Part shown: positions 48,461 to 57,484 of the stretch, one piece after another
Position numbering within the stretch: the stretch's first letter is position 1
How the letters are laid out: the number at the start of each line of letters is the position of its first letter
IMG/VR virus record: IMGVR_UViG_3300037461_000409
Coordinates: 34,780 to 98,779 of that record
DNA: 64,000 nt
Direction: 5' to 3' (one strand)
Source of the DNA: a virus
Notes under the pieces: generated by a model
Databases searched by the model: none
What the model was told of the DNA's origin: nothing
Seen by the model: only the letters and a program-made list of their open reading frames with translations
Translations under genes and position numbers: made by a program

Positions 48461-49918
48461 CTAGACGCCGTAGAGCCGAGAGTTGTCGAGCCCAGCGCTT
48501 CCGCTGGCGCGACCGACGTTCTTGTAGATCACGGCTCGCCCGGGGGCGTAGACCACGGGCGTCCCGTAGATCAGCTGCATCCACCGGATCGCGGTGGAGA
48601 TGGTGGCGAGCGGGATCTTCAGGAACGGCGCCAGCTGCTTGAACGAGAAGAACTCCAGGTTCTGCTGGATCAGGACCGCCTTGGAGGTCCCGGGGAGCTC
48701 GGCGTTCCAGTCGGTGAGCACAGTGGTTGCGCCGGAGCGCGCCGTGGTCTTCGCCAGCTTGCACGTTGTCGCCAGGCCATCCTTGGTTGAGCGATAGAGC
48801 TCGAAGGCCGTGCCGGCGTCACTGCCGTCGGCGACGGTCATGGTCACCTTCTTGCCGCTGCTGACAGTGCAGGGACCTGTCATCGCCACCGCGGCCGACC
48901 GGCCGTAGCGGTTGATGGCGCAGACCTTGTAGTAGTAGTCGCCGCTGTCGCTGGCGACCCAGTACGAGGTCTCGCCCCCGCCAAGCGACACTTCCGTCGG
49001 AGCCACGCTCTCGGTCGGGGTGCTCGGGCGCTTGCCCGAGGGGCCCGCGGCGGTCGATGGCGCCACCGGGCCAAACTGGATGAAGGTGTCGGGGCTGAAC
49101 TTGATCGGTCCGAACTGGCTGTAGAAGCCCTGGATGTTCAGACCGACCATCCCGTTCTGCCACCCAGCGGGATTGAGCGGGATGCGCTCGGCCGGGTAGA
49201 AGCCCTTGGCCAGATCGCTGAAGGCGCCATCGGCCAGGTAGAGGTCGGTAGCGCGCCCGTAGTTGGGCTCGGTCTTGACGATCAGGCACCCGTCGTTGAG
49301 CGCATCCTCGGACAGCGGGCGGCCACGCATGTCGATCACGTTCAGGGTGGGATTCGGGGCGCCGGCGGTGATCTGCTTGACCAGGCCATCCCACTGCTGG
49401 GGGATCATCGTGCTGTCACCGAAGAACAGCGCCCGCTCCACCTGGCGCAGCAGCCAGGCGGTGCCGTTCACGGTCTCCTGCGCGATCACGTTGCCGTGGG
49501 CCGGGCGGATCAAGGACATGACGTGCGACACCGACCGCGTCACACCCATGTACTTGACCACGCTGTACTCACGGCTGTAGGTCGAGTCGTCCGACTCGGG
49601 GAGATCCCCCTCGTCGATGAACGCCGCGACCCCCGAGCCGTACTCGCGCAACCTGTTGTGCTCCTCGACCGTGTTGAACGCCGGCAGCTTGGTCACGCTC
49701 TGCCACAGCCGCACGTCATCCATGCGGTAGGTGACGACCTTCAGCGTGTTCTCCAGGGACTCGATCCTGAGCGGGAAGCCCTCGCCCGCGGACACGCCCG
49801 GGTTGTTGATCGACTGACCAGCGGTGAGCGCCTTGCGCAGATCGGCCAGGTCATCCGGAGACGGCACCCCGTACCCTTCGACGCCGGCGTAGTCCCGCCA
49901 CGACACGTTGCCTTGCAT
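48461..49918 (-). CDS. Major capsid protein (SPO1/Twort-like)
   Basis: LRKALTAG...LRIESLE, NTVEE, E.ALFFGDS...WDGL, NVIDMRG, YG.P; 485 aa. Confidence 0.95.
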   Translation of the reverse strand: MQGNVSWRDYAGVEGYGVPSPDDLADLRKALTAGQSINNPGVSAGEGFPLRIESLENTLKVVTYRMDDVRLWQSVTKLPAFNTVEEHNRLREYGSGVAAFIDEGDLPESDDSTYSREYSVVKYMGVTRSVSHVMSLIRPAHGNVIAQETVNGTAWLLRQVERALFFGDSTMIPQQWDGLVKQITAGAPNPTLNVIDMRGRPLSEDALNDGCLIVKTEPNYGRATDLYLADGAFSDLAKGFYPAERIPLNPAGWQNGMVGLNIQGFYSQFGPIKFSPDTFIQFGPVAPSTAAGPSGKRPSTPTESVAPTEVSLGGGETSYWVASDSGDYYYKVCAINRYGRSAAVAMTGPCTVSSGKKVTMTVADGSDAGTAFELYRSTKDGLATTCKLAKTTARSGATTVLTDWNAELPGTSKAVLIQQNLEFFSFKQLAPFLKIPLATISTAIRWMQLIYGTPVVYAPGRAVIYKNVGRASGSAGLDNSRLYGV

Positions 49919-49971
49919 GATGTTCTCCTCTGCTCGTGTGAGTTGACGCCCGAACGTCTCGGGCGGGTTGT

Positions 49972-51063
49972 CTACTTGCCCAGCTCGGCCTTGATGTCGC
50001 CGAGCATGCTCTTGGAGATGTGCCCGGTCGTCTCGTACAGAGCGACCGCGCGCTCAAGCGGCTCCCCGCAGGGGGCCATGAAGTTGTTGTTGCGGGACTT
50101 CTGCATGAGACGCTCCATGCCCTCAAGGATCTGCTCGCGCGAGAGCGCATCCCCCGCCTGGCCGCCGTCGAAGGACTTGGCGAGCGCCCTGGTGCCACTC
50201 ACGCTCTTGCGCGGCATGGGCGTCGACTCGACCACCCCCAGGCGCTCGGAGAGCGCGCGGATCTGGGTCTGCTGGCTCTTGATCAGGTCCGCCTGCTCAA
50301 GCACGGTCTGGCCGATGTTGCGGAAGGACTTGGCGAGAGCCGCGTTGAAGCTGCTCTGCCGCTCGCTCGACTTTTCCATGCTCGTGCGCAGGAAGTCGAG
50401 ACCCTCGGCAATCAGCTGAGAGTGCCGCTCGATGAAGGGGCTGATCTCGTAGTCCTGCTTGAGCTGGTCATCGTTCGCGAACAGCTCTTTGAAGGACTTG
50501 TCCAGATCCTCGCCCTCGGGCTCGGCCGTCCCGCCAAGCAGCTGCACCAGCTCTTGCTGCTCGGCCTTCTCGATGGTCCCGTCGGCGAGCTTGGCCGCGA
50601 GCTCGGCGCGGCGGTCCACCGGGCCGTCGGCCCCGGCGGCCGTGGCTTCCAGCACGTCCAGGGCCTTCATGAGGTCGCTCTCGGCGATGTCGGACTTGCA
50701 GGCTTTCTTCTTCTTCATGTCCTCGCCATCCTCCTCGCCTTCGGCCTTCTTCGCCCTCTTCTCCTCCTCCTCCTCCCCCTCTTCCTCCTCCTCCTCGCCC
50801 TCTTCCTTCTCGTCCTCTTCCTCGGCCTTGGCGACCGACTTCTGCGTCTTGGCCCAAGGGGGAGCCGGCTTCTTCTCCTCGTCCTTGTCCTTCTCCTGCT
50901 CCTCGGCCTTCTTGGCCTTGCCGACCATCGGTTTGCCGGGAGCCTTGTCCGACAGACCACCATCGGCGGCCTGCTGAGACTGGGGCATCCCTCCCTCGCT
51001 CTTGCCGAACATCCTCTCGGCCGCAGCGGTCGCGGCCTCGTCGGCGGTCATCAGGTGTTGCAT
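49972..51063 (-). CDS. Scaffold/core protein
   Basis: Acidic low-complexity coiled coil between protease and capsid; at least 12 hydrophobic-x-K[S/A] motifs. Confidence 0.78.
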   Translation of the reverse strand: MQHLMTADEAATAAAERMFGKSEGGMPQSQQAADGGLSDKAPGKPMVGKAKKAEEQEKDKDEEKKPAPPWAKTQKSVAKAEEEDEKEEGEEEEEEGEEEEEKRAKKAEGEEDGEDMKKKKACKSDIAESDLMKALDVLEATAAGADGPVDRRAELAAKLADGTIEKAEQQELVQLLGGTAEPEGEDLDKSFKELFANDDQLKQDYEISPFIERHSQLIAEGLDFLRTSMEKSSERQSSFNAALAKSFRNIGQTVLEQADLIKSQQTQIRALSERLGVVESTPMPRKSVSGTRALAKSFDGGQAGDALSREQILEGMERLMQKSRNNNFMAPCGEPLERAVALYETTGHISKSMLGDIKAELGK

Positions 51064-51065
51064 TC

Positions 51066-51842
51066 TCAGGCTCCTTTCCTGGTCATCCTGGCCGCGAATC
51101 GCCAGATTCGTTCGGCGGCCCGCCCGGTGATGTGCGGGTGCCGTTCATGGATCACGCGCATGGCCTCGGCCTTGGTCAGCCGTCGCTTGCGCTTCTTTTT
51201 CTGCGGACGAGACGGGCTACTGACGCCCTCCAGTGATTCGGTGCGCAGAGCAAACCCATCGCCAGGGGTCGGAGTCGCTGGAGGGGATATGGCGGCTCCG
51301 GCGGTGAGCATCTTCTCGACCGCCAGCATGCTCTTGGCAAGGACATCCAGTCCGGTTTTGGTGTTAACGGGGCAGTTAGTTACAGCTACATTGGTGACGC
51401 GAGCCGAAGCGATTGTCCTGCCGTCATCACCGGAGCGCCTGAGAACCTTGCCCTCGATGGAGAACCCCAGACGCCGGTCCGTCTGCTGGAGCGCCTGGGC
51501 CAATTCCCAGAGCTTGTCCGCCTGGGTGGTGCCTGCGAGGAGATAGCCCTCCATCCGCGTCGCGGGCTTGCCGTCTACGACCGTGCGCTCGACCTTGAGC
51601 GGATAGCCAACGACCCCGGCGGTGTCCCGGCTGTGGTTGTCGTTGAGCCAGCCGTTCCGGATGAAGTCCGAGAACTCCAGGCCGCGCTGGAGTACCACCT
51701 CGCCCTGCTTGTCCTCGTGCTCGGTGCTGATTACCCCGCCGATCCGGCGTTCTTTGCCAGGCTCGCCGGCCTTGTGCCACACCTCGATGGGAATGTCGAT
51801 CCGGAACGGGATTTCGGGACTGACAGGATACTCAGGGGCCAT
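51066..51842 (-). CDS. Prohead protease
   Basis: IGGVISTEHED.QGE.V.Q.GL, NDNH, LGFSIEG, NVAVTNCPVN. Confidence 0.9.
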   Translation of the reverse strand: MAPEYPVSPEIPFRIDIPIEVWHKAGEPGKERRIGGVISTEHEDKQGEVVLQRGLEFSDFIRNGWLNDNHSRDTAGVVGYPLKVERTVVDGKPATRMEGYLLAGTTQADKLWELAQALQQTDRRLGFSIEGKVLRRSGDDGRTIASARVTNVAVTNCPVNTKTGLDVLAKSMLAVEKMLTAGAAISPPATPTPGDGFALRTESLEGVSSPSRPQKKKRKRRLTKAEAMRVIHERHPHITGRAAERIWRFAARMTRKGA

Positions 51843-51905
51843 ACGCGCCTCATCGGCACCCCGCCTCTTTGTCAGGCCCCTGGGGTTGGATCGGATGTGT
51901 CTCTA

Positions 51906-51935
51906 ACGCTACGGGCGACCGAGATTAGCTGTCAA
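51906..51935 (-). promoter_or_regulatory. Sigma70-like promoter for the protease-scaffold-capsid operon
   Basis: TTGACA-N18-TAGCGT ahead of one of the few intergenic gaps. Confidence 0.5.
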
Positions 51936-52146
51936 CCTTTTTCGCAATGACCAGCCGACGGGCATCGTCGGCGAGCGCCTTTGATAGCTCTGACCCTACC
52001 TGCAAGTCGATGGGCACGGGCTCGCCGCATTGGCGACAGATCACCTGTACCGCGCCCTTGTCGATCAGCAGCATGGACGTGCGAATCTTAAGCTTTTCTC
52101 CCGCGTGGTAGACCACCATGTGCGAGCAGGATGGGCACCTGGTCAT
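51925..52146 (-). CDS. Small zinc-ribbon protein (Com-like architecture)
   Basis: RCPSC...ICRQC, 73 aa, ATGA-coupled to the MuF fusion. Confidence 0.7.
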   Translation of the reverse strand: MTRCPSCSHMVVYHAGEKLKIRTSMLLIDKGAVQVICRQCGEPVPIDLQVGSELSKALADDARRLVIAKKVDS

Positions 52147-55133
52147 TGGCGCAGCTGTCCAGGGCCAAGGGTGAGTCGACCGGCTTGCAGCCGCCGACCG
52201 CGACGCTCGGCCTCTTGGTCGAATACCTCACGGTTGGCCTCGGTGCCACGCTCGTCGCGGCCCTCCATCTCGGGCATCGGGTGGGCCCAGTTTTGATTGG
52301 GCGGGGCCAATGCTCGCATGCGATCCTGTTTTTCCTTCGGACCGTCGGTGAACCCGCGGCGCTTCTTCTTTCTCCGCCGCTCCTCGCTCGCCGGATGGTC
52401 ACCGGCCATCCTCGGCGCGAACGCCACCTGTCCGGGAGTACGCGCGGGATCGCCGTAGTTGCCCATGGTCCCGACGGAAGAGCGGTGGCTGATGTCGACC
52501 GCCAGGGCATCGGCCTTGCCGAACAGGTCGAGCTGCTCGTGATGTTCGAGCAGCGACCAGTCGGCCGAAGCCGCCGCGGGCCCGGCCTCCCAGCGGATCT
52601 TGTCGACCCGCGTGAGGCTCTCCTCGCCAGCGCCAGCCCGAGCCCCGTGGGGCCGGTCACCGCGGATGTACTCCACTGGTCGCAAGCCCTTGTCCGCAAG
52701 CGCCCTGTAGGTGTTCCCCTGCTCGGTCGCAAGCTGGTAGGTGATGAACAGCCCGGGCTTGCTGAGATCGCCGCGCTTGCTTGTCTCCAGCAGGTCGAGC
52801 AACCGGGCGATCAGCATGCTCGCGGCGTTCTTGGTCGTGCCGTCGCTGGCGACCCGGGTGAGCTCGACGACGTTGCGGGGATCCAGCCCGCGCAGAGCCC
52901 TGCCGGTGGGATGGCCGGCGGTGGCGACCGCGACCAGGCGATTGCCGCGCTTGACGCCGATGGCGTACATGAGGCCGCGCGGGTTGAGGTAGGGCAGCGT
53001 CTTGTGGTGCTCGGCGATGAACTTCGCCGCCTCGGTCTTGGGCACGTTGACCAGGCGTAGCTCGCGGTGCTCGCGGTCCATGCTGTCGGCAAGGATGGCC
53101 GCGGCCACCCACGTCGGGATCGCCATCCCCTCCCGGAACCGCTCGGGGTTCCAATCGTCCATCCACCCTCGGCGGTGCTTGACCTTGGGCAACTCGATTC
53201 CGGTCTCACCCTGGGCCGCATGGGCGTAGGTCTCGCCGGCGATGTGGACCAAGCGCTCGGCGATCATCAGGCGCTGGTCGTCGGTGTAGGGTTCGCCCTG
53301 GCCATCCTTGTAGGGAACGTGGAGCAGATCGGGGAGGTCGGAGTAGGTGAAGCCCTGCCACTCGGGCTCCTCGCCCCCCTCCGGCTCCTGGTCGCCCAGC
53401 TTGGCGATCATTCCGTAGTCCACGTCCTCCCAGACCTTGCGCGCGGCGGCGATCATGTCGTGCGCCAGCACGTCCGGGTCCTCGCCGTCCCACGCGCCCT
53501 CGGGGCGCTTGATCGGTTCCTTGTAGCCGCGCTCTCCTTCCTGCGGAGCTCCACTGGGGCCGAACCGTTCATGCAGGCGTGGCCCGCCCTTCGGCTCCTC
53601 TGGCTGATAGGACCGCGTGTGCTGCGGATCCGCCCAGCGTCCGCCGCGCGGGCCGAGGTAGAGCTGCCGGGCCTTGACCAGCTCACCCTTTCGATACTTG
53701 CCCGCGAGACAGTTGGCGCGGAACTTCTCCACCGGGATCGTGGTCGCCGATCCCCAGAACCCGGGGTTGTCGTAGTGGCTCAGATAGGCGTGCTTGGCGC
53801 TGGCCAGGTCGGGCCAGCCAAGCATGATCTTGTCCTCGTCCACCTCCGTGAACTCCGGAGCGCGCATCTGATGAACCACGTAGACCTGTTTGGCGTTCTC
53901 GTCCGGGCCCAGGAACACGTCCAGGTGGTCTCCGTCGGTCCCCTCGGTCATGCGGATGTAGCCGTATGGCACGCGCATGCGCGTCTCGCCGTCGGTGCCA
54001 GTGGCCTGGTCATGCCAACGACGGATGCTGCCCTTCCGATTCTCGACGCTGATCGGCAAGCCCGCGAACATCGTGCGGTAGTGGAGCTTGCGCGCCTTGC
54101 TCAGTGGCTGGTAGTGCTGAATCAGCTTCAGCGCCAGCTTGCGACGCTCCCACATGTCCCGGCGTCGCTCGGGATCCTCTTCCTTGGTGGCCATCACCCG
54201 CAACTGATCGACCACGCGCAACAGTCGCGCCACCAGGTCATCCGCGGCGACGGGCGCTTCACTCTTTTCCGACTCCTCCGTGAGCATGCTCTCGGGCACG
54301 AGATCCCAGTCATCGTTGAACGCCATGCCCCGGGGGACGCGGGTCAGGACGCACTGGCACCAGGGATGAACGGCGCCCATAACCGGCAGCCAGTCGTCGC
54401 GCTTGCGCCCGACGTTGTTGACCCCCTGCTCGGCCCACCAACTCGCCGGATGGGCCTCGGGCTTGCCATCCTCGTCGAGGTACAACCGCTTGCAATCGGG
54501 GCACGCAGTCGGTTCTGGCATTTTTGCCAGAAGCTCCTCCGACCCATACCGCCGCATGGTCGACTCCAGAAACCCCTGCTGGTAGGCCATCTGGCTCTCG
54601 GTCGACGCAATCCTCCCCCAGTCGCGCGCCCAGTCCCTGCTCATCTGCCGGAGCTTGGTGGTCAGCGTCCCCACGGCCTCCCGCCTGACCACATTGGCTG
54701 CGGTCTCATCCCGGATGCCCTCGCGGAATTGCTGGGCCAGCTTTTCGTCGATGGGTACCACGGCCGGCCCCACCTCGCCTGACCAGCGGGTGCCCAGGCC
54801 GACGCAGAACTGCCCAGCGCGATCTCGCGCGAGCTCCCAAGCTCGACGCTCTTGTTCGCTCATCTCGACCGGGTTCTTTTCGAGGTATCGCTTGAAGTCC
54901 TCGTAGCTCATCTGCGCGAGGCCGGGCAGCTTTTCCAGCAGCCTACCGTACTCGAAAGCGTCCAGGGTCAGGTCGCGGATGTCCTCTTCGCGGAGGTATC
55001 CGAGGTCGACCAGGCGCTTGAGCTCATCTGGCCCCACCCGCAAGCCAGTGGTGGCCACCGACACCGCGGTGCTGGCGTCGCGGACGATCTGGCGAAGCTC
55101 CTCAAGTTGCTGGGGGGTAAGCAGCGGCATCAA
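52143..55133 (-). CDS. MuF-like head morphogenesis protein fused to inorganic pyrophosphatase-like and Mom/XF1762-like GNAT domains
   Basis: RIASTE...ACPDC...HPWCQC (MuF); ISVENRKGS.R...YGYI...DGDHLDV...DEDKIMLG (InPase); EA..FI.EHH...ELTRVASDG..NAASML...ITY....E.G..YRA...K.RWE (Mom-like). Confidence 0.85.
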   Translation of the reverse strand: MMPLLTPQQLEELRQIVRDASTAVSVATTGLRVGPDELKRLVDLGYLREEDIRDLTLDAFEYGRLLEKLPGLAQMSYEDFKRYLEKNPVEMSEQERRAWELARDRAGQFCVGLGTRWSGEVGPAVVPIDEKLAQQFREGIRDETAANVVRREAVGTLTTKLRQMSRDWARDWGRIASTESQMAYQQGFLESTMRRYGSEELLAKMPEPTACPDCKRLYLDEDGKPEAHPASWWAEQGVNNVGRKRDDWLPVMGAVHPWCQCVLTRVPRGMAFNDDWDLVPESMLTEESEKSEAPVAADDLVARLLRVVDQLRVMATKEEDPERRRDMWERRKLALKLIQHYQPLSKARKLHYRTMFAGLPISVENRKGSIRRWHDQATGTDGETRMRVPYGYIRMTEGTDGDHLDVFLGPDENAKQVYVVHQMRAPEFTEVDEDKIMLGWPDLASAKHAYLSHYDNPGFWGSATTIPVEKFRANCLAGKYRKGELVKARQLYLGPRGGRWADPQHTRSYQPEEPKGGPRLHERFGPSGAPQEGERGYKEPIKRPEGAWDGEDPDVLAHDMIAAARKVWEDVDYGMIAKLGDQEPEGGEEPEWQGFTYSDLPDLLHVPYKDGQGEPYTDDQRLMIAERLVHIAGETYAHAAQGETGIELPKVKHRRGWMDDWNPERFREGMAIPTWVAAAILADSMDREHRELRLVNVPKTEAAKFIAEHHKTLPYLNPRGLMYAIGVKRGNRLVAVATAGHPTGRALRGLDPRNVVELTRVASDGTTKNAASMLIARLLDLLETSKRGDLSKPGLFITYQLATEQGNTYRALADKGLRPVEYIRGDRPHGARAGAGEESLTRVDKIRWEAGPAAASADWSLLEHHEQLDLFGKADALAVDISHRSSVGTMGNYGDPARTPGQVAFAPRMAGDHPASEERRRKKKRRGFTDGPKEKQDRMRALAPPNQNWAHPMPEMEGRDERGTEANREVFDQEAERRGRRLQAGRLTLGPGQLRQ

Positions 55134-55369
55134 ATCGATCCCTTGAGCGTCTCTTCCATCCGGCGCACCATCGCCTGGCGGATGCGCTCGACCACCGGAC
55201 CAGCCAGGTCAATCGATTCCTGAAGCGCCCGGGCGTCGAGCTTGCGCGGCTGCTGATCGTCGGCGGTGGCCTTGCACAGATGATCGTGGGCCTCAGATCG
55301 TAACTTTTCGATCAGCGGTTCGAGCTTGTCTGCCAGCTCCCCCTCATCCGCCTGAATCAACACCCTCAT
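55130..55369 (-). CDS. Small head-module protein
   Basis: Coupled 79-aa ORF with LCKA motif. Confidence 0.6.
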   Translation of the reverse strand: MRVLIQADEGELADKLEPLIEKLRSEAHDHLCKATADDQQPRKLDARALQESIDLAGPVVERIRQAMVRRMEETLKGSI

Positions 55370-55770
55370 GGCACGCCGGCGACCAGGTAGGTCACGATTG
55401 CGTCCTCGGTTGTCGAGGCGTTGCTGGCCTTGATCTCCGTGATCTCGCCCTCCCAGAACAGCTTGGCCTTGGCGCCGCTCGTGGGAGTGAGCTTGAACTG
55501 CTCGGTCCCGCCGTTGAGCTTGAGCGTCAACTCCTGGTCGGTCTCCATGTACAGCAGGTTCGCCGTGCCCACGCCACCCAGGTCCAAGTCAGCGTCGGTT
55601 GTGGATTTGGGGATCACCCGCGTGTCGCTCTTGCCCACCTCCAGATCCGTGCGGATGGTCTGGATCGTGGTCTTTTCCGCTCGCTCGAATCCGACCAGCT
55701 TCTCGTCCGAGTCCAGGGTCGCCAGGATCGCGATGCTGTGCTTCACTCGATAGGTGCTCGCCATCGTCAA
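55366..55770 (-). CDS. Hypothetical beta-rich virion protein
   Basis: Directly after portal. Confidence 0.65.
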   Translation of the reverse strand: MTMASTYRVKHSIAILATLDSDEKLVGFERAEKTTIQTIRTDLEVGKSDTRVIPKSTTDADLDLGGVGTANLLYMETDQELTLKLNGGTEQFKLTPTSGAKAKLFWEGEITEIKASNASTTEDAIVTYLVAGVP

Positions 55771-57467
55771 ACCTCGATTCGGTAGGTGCGCCGGTGGCGC
55801 ATAGACTTTTTCTGCTCCTCCTCCGGCTCGCCCTCGGTGCCGGGGAACTCATCGAACTGAGAGAGCATCTCATCCCAGGGCCCCGGCTGTCCCTCCTCCT
55901 GGCCCTCGTCTCCCGGCGGCTGACCGCCCTCGGACTCCGGCGGCTGTTCGCCTTCTCCCTCCTCCGGGGCGGCGCCCTCGGCTCCCGCTGGACCCATCTG
56001 CTGCTGCTGGGCCGCCATCTCCTTTGCCTGCGAGAACTGCAGCCACGTCGGGTCGAGGATGCACTCGCCCTTACCGTCTGGCAGCGGCGGTAGATCGTCC
56101 TCGGCCCGGATCTCGTCTACGGTCTTGAGGTAGGTGGACTGTTTCTTCTGCAGGTCAGCGATCTCGGCCCCGCTTCTCATGTCCAGGCCGGTGAAGACGA
56201 TCTGGTAATCCTCGTCGATACGCCAGATCAAGTAGCGGTTGAGCCACTCTCCGAGTGCCCGCAACAACGGACGCAGGCCGCGGTCCTTCGAGCTCTTGAT
56301 CCTCCCCTCGGCCGGCGCCTGGAACATCTGCTGCTGCTGGCCGGTGTTGCCGAACAGGAAGTTGATCTCCGATGGATCAATCTGATAGACGGCGCTGGCG
56401 ATCTTGATCAGCCAGTCCAGGAACGCCGAGAACTCCATGTCCCGGTTGCTGCTATGGAGGTTGATGTACTGCAGATCCTCGGCGTTGATCACCGGCGTCC
56501 GCCAGGCGTTCGCCACGCCGGCGATCTGCTGGTACCACTGGCGACGGAAGGCTTCGAGCTTGGTGTCGGGGATGGCGCCCTTGATGTTGATCAGGCCCTT
56601 GGTCACGCTGCCCTGGGAGAAGAATCGGGCGTTGTACTCGAAGGCCCAGAGCATCGCCGTGACCGTGCGGATGAGCATCTCGATCTCACTCATGCCATAG
56701 CCATTGAGACGAATGCCCGTGCGGGGGTTGCGGACGCCGAAGCACAACTCCGACGCCGCGAACTCGGCGATCACCACGTCGTCATAGACCTGAACATAGC
56801 GCACGCGCTTGGGGTCGTCGCTCGGTTCAGCGGCCGTGGGGATGTCAGCCAGGCGGATGGTGCTGGCATCGACGGCGTAGAAGTCGCTGGGCTCGCCCTT
56901 GCGGTTGTCGACCACCTCGAAACAGCCCTGGTCGTAGACGAGGCTGTCCCGGATCAGCTTGCGAACGAAGGACTCCAGCGAGTCCTTGCCATAGGCGCGG
57001 GTGCTCCCGGTGTAGCGCAGCCAGTCCTCAATGGCCTTCGCCCGGACCATCTCTTTCTTGGTCGGCGACTTCTCTTCGTCCCGGAGCTTGATCTGGTAGC
57101 CCGGCTCCCGGTCGTTCAGCTGGGGGATGCAGAAGTTGGCGACCTGGTTGACGCGGGTTTGGATGATCGCCGAGACCACCGGGACCTTGCGGTGGATGTC
57201 TTCGAGCATGGCATAGGTCATGCCCGACGGGCGGTCCTTGAACCCCAGCTGATCGATCACGCTGAATGGGTCGTACAGTAGGGCTTTGGCCCCCTGATCC
57301 GCAGGATCTGGCATGTCCGGCGGGTTGTTCAGGTGCCCGTCGTTCTTGGCGCCCGGCGCCGCCTGGGCGGCCTTGGCGAACGTGTCGAACGCCAGGCCAC
57401 CCATGTAGCCCAGCGCCCCCCCGAGAGCGCTGGACACGCTCTCGCGCAGTCGATCCTGCCAGCCCAT
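55767..57467 (-). CDS. Portal protein (SPO1/Twort-like)
   Basis: AIIQTRVNQV..F, RKLIRDSL.YDQ, AVDASTIR, RNPRT...GYG.SE.E, NAWR.P, DMEF, IDPSEINF. Confidence 0.95.
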   Translation of the reverse strand: MGWQDRLRESVSSALGGALGYMGGLAFDTFAKAAQAAPGAKNDGHLNNPPDMPDPADQGAKALLYDPFSVIDQLGFKDRPSGMTYAMLEDIHRKVPVVSAIIQTRVNQVANFCIPQLNDREPGYQIKLRDEEKSPTKKEMVRAKAIEDWLRYTGSTRAYGKDSLESFVRKLIRDSLVYDQGCFEVVDNRKGEPSDFYAVDASTIRLADIPTAAEPSDDPKRVRYVQVYDDVVIAEFAASELCFGVRNPRTGIRLNGYGMSEIEMLIRTVTAMLWAFEYNARFFSQGSVTKGLINIKGAIPDTKLEAFRRQWYQQIAGVANAWRTPVINAEDLQYINLHSSNRDMEFSAFLDWLIKIASAVYQIDPSEINFLFGNTGQQQQMFQAPAEGRIKSSKDRGLRPLLRALGEWLNRYLIWRIDEDYQIVFTGLDMRSGAEIADLQKKQSTYLKTVDEIRAEDDLPPLPDGKGECILDPTWLQFSQAKEMAAQQQQMGPAGAEGAAPEEGEGEQPPESEGGQPPGDEGQEEGQPGPWDEMLSQFDEFPGTEGEPEEEQKKSMRHRRTYRIEV

Positions 57468-57484
57468 GGTCGCTCCTCGGTCGG

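Noticed and set aside
49947-49965. Hairpin between scaffold and capsid genes as a terminator
   Set aside because: 7-bp stem with no U-tract, inside an operon; at most a processing or stability element
50700-50900. (CTC/TTC)n low-complexity tract as a DNA repeat element
   Set aside because: Simply encodes the Glu/Lys-rich region of the scaffold
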